Below are positions 24,469 to 36,900 of a stretch of 64,000 nucleotides of DNA, piece after piece. The notes beneath the pieces were generated by a model. That model worked only from the letters and a program-made list of their open reading frames with translations. It had not been told where the DNA came from and did not search any database. Made by a program: the position numbers and the translations under genes. Within the stretch, counting starts at the first letter, position 1. The number at the start of each line of letters is the position of its first letter. Origin of the DNA: Catajapyx aquilonaris (taxonomy: Eukaryota); contig KZ538430.1 of assembly GCA_000934665.2 (NCBI GenBank), forward strand, positions 1 to 64,000, read 5' to 3'.

Positions 24469-27400
24469 ATTTATCCCTAAAACATTGGAAAAATTCAGTC
24501 ATGTAGTACATAAACCAAGAAAAAGGGAAAAGAGAATCCTGACTAGAAGTAGCAGGCTGCTAGCAATACTCTTATGTTAGGAGTGGGACGAAAATTCCCC
24601 CTAGTGTAGATAAGATTCACTGTCAATTATTGAATGTGGCATCAGAAGGGAGGGAGAGGTGGGGGTTGGCAGGGGGAAGGGCTGTACTTGCTCTTACTGG
24701 CATGTGGGAGGCAGGAGGGTAGTAGTCAGTGGGGGCAGCGGGCTGTGTCGCTAAGATAGGTCTGTATCCGCAAGGAAGGAAGGTTAGGCTTGGTTAGGTT
24801 AGGTTGGTACACCATACCCCTTCCAAAATCCAAAAAATCANNNNNNNNNNNNNNNNNNNNNNNNNNNNNNNNNNNNNNNNNNNNNNNNNNNNNNNNNNNN
24901 NNNNNNNNNNNNNNGGGGGGTGCAGAGGCAGTGCATGTCACCTATCTATGGTGCATGTCAGGAAGCTACCATTGCCAGTGCCATCGAGTGATGTAAAATA
25001 AAAAATTAAAAAAATGTGGGTTTTAGATTTTTTTTTAAGTGTGGTTTTGGACTTCTCCCTTGCAATCAGGGAAGGGCTATAGTGTGCAGTTTCGGCACTC
25101 TCAGTAGTCAGTGTGAAAGTGGTTTAGACAGCTCCGACAAATATACAAAAAAACTTTGCCTTCTACAGCAGACTCCAGATATAATGGACTTCAATCTGCT
25201 ACAACCGAGGTCTTTTATAGCCAAATCTCTACTTTTGCAATGAATCCAAAAAGGTTTCTTCCTGCCATATGCCTGTAATGCACACTATTGCATAATTATT
25301 AATGGGAGCTTGGGATCAAACCCAGGACCCTTCCATCTGTGGGCATGCATGTTATCGCAGTTCACCACTCTGCCTCCCCCAATAAATTACATTGAATGAA
25401 AATTTATGCAATATTGCCCTTTCCCCATTAGCAAAAACCCAGCAGGGTAACCATCATTCAGTCACATTTTTCCTCTCTCTCCGAGGAAGTAGCAAAATAC
25501 AATATCCTTGGAAATGAGGCCCTGCAGATCCTTCAACCGCACTGTGGAGAGGTGCAAGAGAAATAAATGGACTGCTTATTAGAGAACACATCATAAATGA
25601 CATTCCTTGGATTTCTCAGGTTTTAATTAAAATAACCATAATTAACAAGTGCAACAAGCTATTTATTTAAGTTCGGCAATGAAATATAAGTCTAGCTACT
25701 AGTGAAGGAATAAAGCCGAGTTTCCTTATACCAGCCAGTGAGTTTGTAAAAGTTTGCTTTAGTCTAATGCAACACAAACGCATTTGCCAGTATATGGAAC
25801 TTTGGCTTCACAACAACCGGGAGTCCAAGACTCACTTTCCCATTTGCAGCGTCACCAACAATCACTCCTTGACTAAGAAAATATGCAAAGTAATCATGTC
25901 ACATTCACAGAGTTAGACAGTAAAAGTTTCATAACATGGACACTGAAGTTGCTGCTGCCAGGAACAAATTGTGGCAGCTACTGGTGATAGGAATGGGTGT
26001 GCTAACTGGTGGACAGCAACAAGGGATGATTTTACAGGTGCAGCGGCAGGTTTCAAATCATACATTCCATTTATAAGGGAAATATGCCATGGAAGCACCC
26101 ATCTGCTACTTGCACAGGTTCCAATTATTGGGGGTTGGATTAGCTGCAAATGAAGTTGTGCCATCATGATTGTAAAGATCCCACCACCTTTTGCATTGCT
26201 TGATTTTCAATATATGACAGCAACAAAAATAATAGGTGCAGATATTCAGTAACTGAACTGTGCACTGAATGTCTCTCTGCAAGTCAATACATAAAATAAC
26301 ATTGGCTGCCCAGTAAATCTTGAATGGATTGTCAATGAAAACAATACCTGGCTGACTGGATTTCCACCCATGAACAACTGATGCCTTAAATGCTGTGCTA
26401 CAATATGTTCATTAACTGCTACCAATGAAGGATGCAAAAGTAAATGTGTAAAGGCATGTTTACATGAGGCAGCTGCTAGAAAAACATAGTGTGGCTCACT
26501 AAGCAGCAAGAAGATTGGCCTACCAAGTGCTGCATGCGGCAGCAGGCTGATCTCCACCCTGATTGGTGGGCTGCACCCATATTTTGCTAACAGTGGCCTC
26601 TTGTAAACAGGTCTTAATTCCTTGCCTTCTTGAAACAATTGTGATGGTATCTGTATGCCACCAGTATTATCCCAATTTGATTAATGCAGATCCTCTCATA
26701 ATTTGACAAGATTTACTGGGAATCCTGCACTTTGCCTTATTAATATATTATATAACAAGAAAAAAACAACAATAAAGTAATACTCTTAATATGGCCACTG
26801 GGCCAGATATACCCGTGAATTCATCCCCATATTTTTCTTTACTCACTATGCACAAAAACAGTGACCAGCACCATTTCACAGTCACTAATTAGGACTCTTT
26901 AAAATGACTTGAATTTTTGACTTGTGTGTCTTGTACTGCAGTAGCATGAGTGGAGGCTTGCATTAAGACAGTAAAACACAACCATAGTTAATGTCCTTAA
27001 TGGACTACACAAGTGTCATTCCAAAGAGTTATCACTGCGGTTGAGGCACTACGACAACCTAGGTATTACTCTCTATTAAACTCGCTCCTATACAGTCACA
27101 CATTGGGGGGAGGGGGAGGGAATTTGTTAAACGCTGTTGTGATGCCACCATCCCTGCTCAGCTAAGCATTCAGTCTTGCACTTCTTGCCAACCACATTGT
27201 TGTCACATATGTTTCAACATTTACAGGCTTGGCAGGGACGGCATCACCATCGCAACATGCATTCGTGCTGTTGCTATCCACATTTCACCTTAAAGTACCA
27301 ATTCTTTTTTTAATACTGTTCTAAATGATACTGTGATGCGCTTAACGATGTAGCCCTACTCATGAAAGCACACCAAAAAGCAAAATATTCTATTATATTT

Positions 27401-27805
27401 TCTTGGGAGGGGGCCACCATGTTCACTGGGTCATGTGATGCTATTATGCAGTTGGACTATCCGAAAGCCACAGTTAATGCATCACATCTCCTAATGCATA
27501 CAATCTCTCAAATGCAAATGAGCAAGATCGTCAAAACAGGCCCACCAAGCTTTCTATAATTATTACCGTCTCAATTTTTTTCCAGAAGGGATCAAAAAAA
27601 TCTACCTGAAGCATAGTAATACTCTGAATCCTCATATCTGGGTGTCAGTCCTTATTGCAAGTAAGTTATGCCTCTCTATTACCACTGTCAAAAGAGGGAC
27701 AGCAATAAGGCTAACGAGTGGGAACAAATTTTTTACAGCACATTGCTCCACCATCACTAGAGCCCTAGGGACTACCTCTGTCGGAAGTGACATGTGTGTA
27801 GTCTG

Positions 27806-27911
27806 TCACCACAGGCGATCCAGATTCATGTTCATAAAGCCTGGGTTCTTGCGGCAATCCCAGTACTTTCCGTTGTACTCCCAAGTCTCTTCACCACTTT
27901 TGCCCACTTTC
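27806..27911 (-). CDS. OSBPL6: ORP terminal coding exon
   Basis: [37 protein letters not shown]. Confidence 0.95.
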
Positions 27912-30900
27912 CTGAAACGCAACGTATGTCCTTAGCTTACCACACACCAAGTTTGTAACGTGTGATATGTTACTTTTTTTCCCAGTGAACTCTAATTTTT
28001 ACTGCACAGCATACACACCTTGCCTTTCAAAAAATAACTTACAAAGGAAATAAATGCTACATCTAACTTCCAGACAGTCTCCTTTCTGGAACCTCTAGCT
28101 GTCCATAGAGTTGCTCTTGTACTATTGACAGCAGGAGGTCCCAGGTTCAGTTTCTGGTGAGGGGTACTTGTGGCTATCACTAGTTCATAAGGTTTGACAA
28201 TGTTGCAAAGGCTAGCTTTTATACTTACTGAAACCAGTATGGAACATGTTCCATTCCTGACTCCTCCCTTTTCTTCTGCCTCTCCCTTTGTGCTTGTTCG
28301 ATCTGAACCTTGAGATTCTGAGCTGCCTGAATATTTCCTTCTTCTAACAACCTGTAATCAATGTGTAACGTAAAATTTGCGAGTCCCTGAGTAACTCTTT
28401 TTTGAAAAATCAGAATTGCCTGCATGATTTATTTTTTTCCAAAGTGGTAAAATAAGTGACCATAAAAATTACCGTTGATCGGGGCGAAAGCGAGAGTCAG
28501 TGCAGGGTAGGTACTTCGCCATTTCAGGATCTAGCTCATTCAACTCGACTGCGAATCGGGAGAAGCCATAGTAGAGCTCATGATCCTCGGGCATTGTTCC
28601 TGTTTGATTTTTAAATATTATTAAATAATAAATGTAACATACTCTTGTCATAATTAGCTATATTAACTCACCCAGTCGCCAGACCAATTTGGCAGATGGA
28701 GCCACACCACAGTAAAATGCTTCACTCCATTTGCCAAACAGATTCCGCACTACTTGTCCGTCACCATCTGTTACAGTTCCAAAGACCTCGTGACGTTTAG
28801 CTGACCAGTAGCTTGCCTGGAAATAACATGCCATCATATGTACAAATGTCAATATTCCACCCTCATCTTATGCAGAATTTCTGACACACAGCCACCAGAA
28901 ATACATCCAAAATTAAAACCGCAATATCTTGCCACCATTACCTGCATTTGCCCTCCCAATCGCCAATGCATTGGGTACAGTACCCATTCATTAAGTTTAG
29001 GTTTAGGTTTATTAAGAAACCAAAGCAACTCTGGCTATGTAGCTATAAGAAGATGCAAAGGTGGGACAACTGGAGAGAGAAATGAAGAGGAAAAAGAAGA
29101 GAGCAAAGACTGGTATCTCTCTTAGTCTGTCTCCTATCCCAAAGACCAGTCGACGAAGCTACCGCCGGCATAGCTCTTGGGGTCGCGGGAGAAATGCAAA
29201 CCCCACTACCACGATAAGGTGAATATTCCATCGGGGGGACCCATTAATTACATAGGATACCCAGCCTGATGCCTGTTACAACATATGATGGTTCCATTCT
29301 TACAACCCTGGTGGTATTTGACTTAATTTATATTCCAAGTGCAGTGCTCTGCTTCAATATTCATATTACTAAGCAATAACATAAAATGTACTTACCTTCA
29401 CAAAGGTCAGTTTACATGAAATGTCTTGGTTGGTAATATTCAGCTCCCCATACTGATCCACCCAGCGTTGTCCACCAAACAGGTTGTGCACACAAGTAGT
29501 GATCTTGTTCCATACGTAATGATCTCCATATTTGGGTAATGTTACATTGACAGTCCCTAAAATGAAACCACGTAAAGACCTAATGCAATGAACAAGAAGT
29601 GTAACTCACCTATAGGCTGAAACTCCATCGATTTCCCCCAAAACTTTGTCTTGATTCGCATTTCTTGCCAAAAGATGAAGTTTCGGGACTCGGCATAGCA
29701 AACACAGATAGGTGGATGGTGGCTTACTTGCTCAGACACAAAGCGAAAGCCTCGGTCCTCTCGAATACACTCATAACTCTCACCCAGAAGTGGATTGAAT
29801 GGTTTATGACCTGGACGATATGAAGATGACCCATAGGCTGACAGAGCAAATGCAGCCACTTGCACCATTCGGTCATACGGGTCCTCCATTTCAGCTGCCT
29901 TATCCAGCAATTCACTGTACTCAAGTTCTTCACAGAGTCTCTGAAACAAGTAAATACAACACAAAATTAAGGAATCAAATTCACAATCCATTAATAAAAC
30001 TTTCATCAAAAAATGCTTTCATTATACTGGCACATGGATACACACATTTTCTGTCTGTTTAGAATGTCACTGACACCTACTGTATTTTACTATATTTTTG
30101 TCCATCACTAGATTTTTGCTGAAAAAGATGCATGTGATATAACCTGAAATAGTGCAACATGTAAATCCAAAATAAGTTCAGAGCTCAGATATAATGATCA
30201 TAATGTGTTACCAATTTCAAATGGCCACAGGAAGTTGGTAGAACAAGCACGAATTTTTTGAAACATTTAACCCCTTTGCTACCAGCTATACCTCCATCAC
30301 TTAGATTTTCATTTCTGTTAAACTTACCATGTACTCTGAAGATAAAAATAAGATATTTCACAAATTTTTGTGATTTTTTATTAGTAATTAGTAATTTTTT
30401 AATTTATAAAAATTACCACAGCCATGCGCGACCCCCCGGAAAAGGCTTTGTGACCCCCAGGTTGGGAGTGCTCTACGCCATGTATGTGGTTGGAACTATT
30501 TTCTTTCTCTAGGAGTTTCCTAAATTTGCAAAAAGATCGCTGCATAAAAACTCGAGATTTGAGAACTGGCCCCCCAACCGGTATGCTGATTTCATTATGA
30601 AATACGTTAAAAATATAATGAATATTAACCTTGAGAACCATGCCACACGAAGTTGCTGAAATCGCCATACTTCATGAGAATTAAGGCGGCGCAGTAGTAA
30701 AAATACGGTAAGTGCATTGCGCAGAGAACTTTGTTTTTGCCGCGAAACACGCCATTAATCTGAAAAATCACAAATGAGGTGCTCTGCGCAAAGGTTCGGC
30801 CTTTACAATGGTACCATACTCGATATGATTGCATTAAAATTGTGGACATACGGGCGCAGAAGCGTGCCCGATTTTGTCGCATTTCCTGCCGCCATTTTAT

Positions 30901-33900
30901 TCAAATGGGCTTTTCGGGAAAGCCTTTTTCCTCTCACTTCAACTCGATGAAAAGGTAATTTCTAGGCCGAAAATGGAAAAAAGAAGAATAAGGTGCCCTG
31001 CGCCAGATCATGTACTATTTTTTGGTGCAATTTTTGTTTCGATTGCACCATTTTTGCGACCTTAAGGCCGCACAAGAGTAGACATGTCGAATCCCCATAT
31101 GCTGCCCATACATAAGCGAGTTCGTTTAGTTTGTCGCCAAGGGCTCGCATTGTTACTGTATTTTTTTGGTACTTCGCCACCTTAAATTAATTTGGGAGTT
31201 TTCCGAAGTAACAGGAAAGCGACAGTTGAGAATTAATTGATTTCTCGCAAAGTACGACAATTTCAGCAGATTCATCTGCCACTGTTCTCAAGGTTGTTAT
31301 TCCGTATATTTGTGGGGAGGAACGGTGGCCTAGATGGTAACGTCTCGGCTTGCTGAGTGAAAGGTCCCAGGTTCGATCCCAGCCTGGGAGCTCCCTTTCG
31401 CCTGCGTCAGGAGGGTCTCTGACCCGCGCCTTGGAGGTGTCTGGCAACCTAACCTTCTGGGGTACAGCACACGACCCATTTAACAACATTGCACTTGCAC
31501 CCACGTTGCCTCCCCAAAAATCGCTATCAGTACTAAATGTCCTTGATTTCCCTGCACCGGAGTTTGAAGAAAATTATCTGAGAAAAATGGTGGTGTCCCA
31601 CGCCCCTAAGAGAGCCACTGGCTCTATCACGGGGTATGTATAAATAAATAAATAAATAATGATTCCATATATTTTAATGTATTTCATAATTAAATCAGCC
31701 AAATAGTTAGTTGGCAGTACTGGAATTTCGAGTTTTACAGTGACCTTTTTGGAAATTAATTTAGGGACTTCTAGGTGAGGAAAATTGTTCCAAACACATT
31801 AATAGTATTTTCCATGAACGTCGAAGTATAGCTGTTATTTTGTGTAAAATATCTTGTCTGTATCTTCAGAGTACGTGTAAGTGAAAAACTAGGCGATGGT
31901 GAGTAGATCTTGTAGTGAAGGGCTTAATCATCCTGTGGCCATATGAAATTTGAAGCATTGTAAATTCACAATGAGCTCAGTTACCTTATTTTGCAACACT
32001 TCTTTCAATTTAGCTAGCACCACCATGCACCAAATTCTTAGTTGATCAACAAAAGTTGTTGTCATACTGAGTCCCTATCGTCTCTACTGTTAACTGTTGA
32101 TTTCCTACTTATAAAAACACGTCCCCTAAATTGATTTGTCTGGCAAGACAGTAAGATTGATGGAAGGGTGAGTCAAATGGACATGAGCAATTGACCAGGA
32201 CATGGATGTGGTGGCACATAAATGCAGGGTAAAAATCCTGATCCTTTAGATAGGATAGCCCTACTCAAGCATTGCCATCATAATAATGTTTTTGCATTCT
32301 CGTCATACATTTCCATGACACACATACCTGTAACATGTTAAGTGGCTCATTGATTGTGACAGGCATAGCAATCTTGGACAAATCTTTCCCGATGTTTCTA
32401 CACAGCAAGTTCCACAGAGAAACTCCTTCTGTGTCAGGCATTGGTGCAGGAAGCTTGACACGTCGGCCAGTAGTGCAATTGTCTGGAAGCTCCTGTTCTG
32501 CAGCTGACAATTTTAGAAATTAGCTTACAAATACATGTATCAATATCCTGATTCATACCACTCTGAGCCGGTGTGTAGTCAGTTCCAATGTCACTGTTCT
32601 CACTGGTGACGCTCCCTTCATCATCACTGCTGAAGCTCTCCTCTGAGGAAGTACCTTGCACAGGATCGTCAGTGTCCTTAGCATCATAATATTCAGAGGT
32701 GCTCAGACAGCTGCTGCTGTATGACAGGGATTGATGTAACGACTTCTGAGCCTAGGAAGAGATTTATTTGGTATATGAATGCTCAGAGCAGTCACATGCC
32801 AGCCTTCTTTACAGCATTCACTGTATTCAATAGTTAATCATTAGTCTCATTTCTCTACATTCATTCTATAAATACAGCTGCTATGATTTATGAAATCATG
32901 CCCTGCGGACATAGTGTAAGAAACCCCTATTATATATCCGGAGACTGTCACTCCTAACAACACAGTAGTGTGCAATCTTCAATTTTGTATTTTACTGGCC
33001 ATGTGCAACCCTAAAATTTGGACATCACCTACCACAGCTAAAATTAAAATAAAGATGAGACTACTGATGGTACCTACTACTGCCTTCTGTCGGTGGATTA
33101 CATTTGAAAATACTGCCAAATGATATTCTGGTCATTAGACTATCTCCAATCAATCAATCAATCAATCAACCAATCAGAACACCCTTTTGCAATTCTAGTT
33201 TCAAATGTCTCGTTGACAGTAATGTGCACTCTTTATGCCAAGAAATAAGTTTATGAACTAAATTTCTGTAATTCTTGGTAGTGTCCTTACTACAATCCTC
33301 CTGCAATCCTTTCATTGAAAGAAATGCCATGACATCACATACATCACTACTGCGCACTAATTTTCAGCGCAAGGGAGGATCTGAAGAAGTGACTACATCT
33401 CTTTAACAATGAATGATCCCCATCCACAATGGGGAAGTAGCCTTGGTCTGGGATTTGGGATTTTTGTTCATAACTAGCTAGCCCATGCCTGTAAACATAC
33501 ATTCCACCACTCTGTTGCATCAAAATGACATTACAGGATAAATTACGGCACATTTAAAAGTGCCTTCAAAATGGGCGGGAAAAACGCCGCAGCCAATCGA
33601 AAGGGTACACTGAAATGCCTGGTTGACTGCGAGATATGAGGAATTTGACTTTGAATTAACCGCGGACACGACGGAAAGCATTCGCAAGGCGGCTGTAGGC
33701 CATCGAGGTGGAGAAGGGGGACCTTCATGTGCCGAATTCGGGTGACAGATAATTCCGACCTGGTGGCATCACTGCCACGTACAAAGCGGCTTGAGCGACC
33801 TGGAATAAATACGCGCCCCGGCCGCTATCTTGCTCACGGAATGGGACGGTTGCTAACAACAGCGAAGCATTTTACAACAATGACGGGGCGCGTTCTATAA

Positions 33901-36900
33901 CACCATTTTTGCGTTCATTTCACTTCGCGTGACGTCAACATTTTCTAGGGAAACAGTGACGTCACCATTTCCCTACATAAAAACCCCAATTACTCCGGAA
34001 CTGAAACTGATATCTTAAAACGGAATATGCCAAAAAAATCCAAAAAATATGGGCGAATTTATCATGTAGTTTCCAAAATGAAGGCTACTTCCCCATTCCC
34101 ATCAGAATGAGTTGCCAGGCAACCTGTGAGTCCAGAATGCACAATAACAACAAGGATCTTCCCTTGCGCCTAAAATTAGTGCACAGTACTGATGTTTTCA
34201 TGTGACATTAAGGCAATCTTTCACTGAAAAGGCAATGTTATTGTGTGGACTCATCAAGTATGAAGAGACTTTCTGTTCATACCTGCAGGGTAGTTCAAAA
34301 GATATCCGTAAAGTCCCATAATTCCAAAATGAGAATATCTACCAAAAGGTTACCAAGCAAAAGTTTGCCTCCCAATATCTGTACAGTGTAGTAATAAACT
34401 GCAGAGGCAAAAGGACTTGCAAGGATTTCTTCAGGGTAACGTAATGCTCCCATATGAGAGTGAACTAATTTCACCTTTAGAATTGCAAATGCGCATAACA
34501 GGAACCACTCAGCCCTTTGCTGTCTTGATGGCATATTGTCATACCAACTCAGTGGCGGATCTATGGGGGGGGGGNNNNNNNNNNNNNNNNNNNNNNNNNN
34601 NNNNNNNNNNNNNNNNNNNNNNNNNNNNNNNNNNNNNNNNNNNNNNNNNNNNNNNGGGGGGGGGGGAGGGGAGAGCGCGGCGACAAATCACCCCCCCCAA
34701 CAACGACGTCTAGATCCGCCACACTGTACCAACTAGCTCCAAAATAAAATCAGCCTAACAGTTGGCTGGTAGGACTTGAATTTCAAGTTTTCATGGTGAT
34801 CTTTTGAAAATTAATTTAGGGACTTCCAGATGAGGAAAATTGTTTACAACAGATTCATTGTGTAGACTGTAGAGTGTGAACATATACGTACAGCTGTTAT
34901 TATTCGTAAAGTATCTTGTCCGCATCTTTAGAGTATGTGTAAGCAAATATAGGCGATGGTGGTATAGCTGGTAGCAAAGGGGTTAACACAGATGGTAATA
35001 CCCTGGGCAGAGATTTTTCTGCACCACTCCCCGATATCAAGTCTCAGGACACCCTACATTGAACACGAACAGGTTGGTTTTCACATTTTGATTGCCTGAT
35101 TTGGAGCATCTTTTCACACAAAACGATATAATTTCAAGTCCTTTTGCCTTATGTAAGTTCACTCTCTCTCTCCCTCTCTCACCCTCTCTCTATGCATTCC
35201 ATTACAACATCAAAACACGGAAAGTGCACATGTCCATTGAAAGCAACTTTTAAAATGATTTACAAATTACTTCAGGTTAGGTAACAATATCAGCTGCATA
35301 ATACAGCTATGGCTGACTACCGAGACTTCCTGTGGATTTGGGCACCTTCAACATGGTCAAAGCTTGCTAAAAAACCAAATCAAAAACAGGCAGGTCAAAC
35401 CCAGCTACTATCTGTTTATTTAATATAGAGCCCTGTGTTTGACTCTAAACAACTCCCAGGAAAATTATCCAAAAAAAATAGTGGTATGTATCGTTAGAAA
35501 GCTTGTTTAAATCCACGTTACATATACGCGTATGCGAGTTGTTTTCCTATCGTCAGTGTGTGATTTTTTATCGTAAAAAGAAGGCGGAAAAGTGTCATTT
35601 TTTGACTAGTTGCCGACGTTGCACGGCAAAGTGAATTTTTTATGACACTTTCAGGAAGCCAAAAAAATCCCCCTGTGAACCCTGGATAGTGCACAAATTT
35701 GTCTATCTAATGATATATTTGAAACATTGAGATCGCCATTTCTGTAATCATAATTAAGTTAATTGCACACCTCTGCTATCTTGGCTGTTTATAATCCAAA
35801 TTACTTCACGAATGTATTGACGGCAGAACAGAAATGTGTGAGATAAGATTACACCGTACTCTATTACACTAAAATTTTAAAAGTATTGTTTTAGTAAGTT
35901 TAATAGAAAAGAACCCAGCCAGCTTTCTGGCGGGAATAGACGATGACACTTTTAAATACGTTTAAAAAATTTAGTGTAATAGAGCACAATGTAATCTTAT
36001 CGCGCACATGTAATCTTATCGCGCACATTTCTGGCTTGCCGTCGATACATTCGCGAACTAATTCTGATTATAAACAGCCGAGATAACAGAGGTGTGCAAT
36101 GAACTTAATTATGATTACAGAAATGGCGATCTCAATGTTTCAAATATACCATTAGATAGACAAAGATGTGCACTATCCAGGGTTCACAGGTGGCTTTTTT
36201 TGGCCTCCTGAAAGTGTCATAAAAAATTCACTTTGCCGTGCAACGTCGGCAACTAGTCAAAAAATGACACTTTTCCGCCTTCTTTTTACGATAAAAAATT
36301 ATAGACTGACGATAGGAAAACAACTCGCATATACAGGGTGTCTAATCTTTTTTGTCCGAACAGTTATCAGAAAATTGTGCGTAGCTGCTACTTCTTAAGC
36401 AGTGACTTGCAACCTGTGATTTGTCGGAGGAATGGGGAATGGGGGAAAAGAGGGTCACACATCCCATGGCATGCGTGGCCCTCTTTTTCCCAGGCTTGAC
36501 GCTCAATTTTCAGCGGGCAGCACGTATGCCACTACAACCTATGATTCACAGGGAATATTCCCTGTTCCTCCGAAAAATCACCGTTTGCAAGCCACTGCTT
36601 AAAAAGTAGCAGCTACGCGCAATTTTCCGATAACTGTTCCGACAAAAAAGAGGAGACTCCCTGTATGTAACGTGGATTTAAACAAGCTTTCTAACGATAC
36701 ATACCGGCACCATTATTTTTTGGGATAATTTTCCTGGGAGTTGTTTAGAGTCAAACACAGGGCTCTATATTAAATAAACGGATAGTAGTCAGTTACGTTA
36801 AATTGGTGTGTATGATGTTTATTTCCTACAATAATTTATGCATGGGTATCTATTCAAACAGGTAAAAAGTCATGCTTCTCTTCACTTTCTCAGTCCTAGT

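Noticed and set aside
24781..24807. TTAGG-like repeats
   Set aside because: Only about five imperfect units next to a gap; not an interstitial telomere
31314..31390. tRNA-like A/B boxes (also near 8765, 17620, 48570, 56540)
   Set aside because: SINE heads with bodies, tails and mostly TSDs, not cloverleaf tRNA genes
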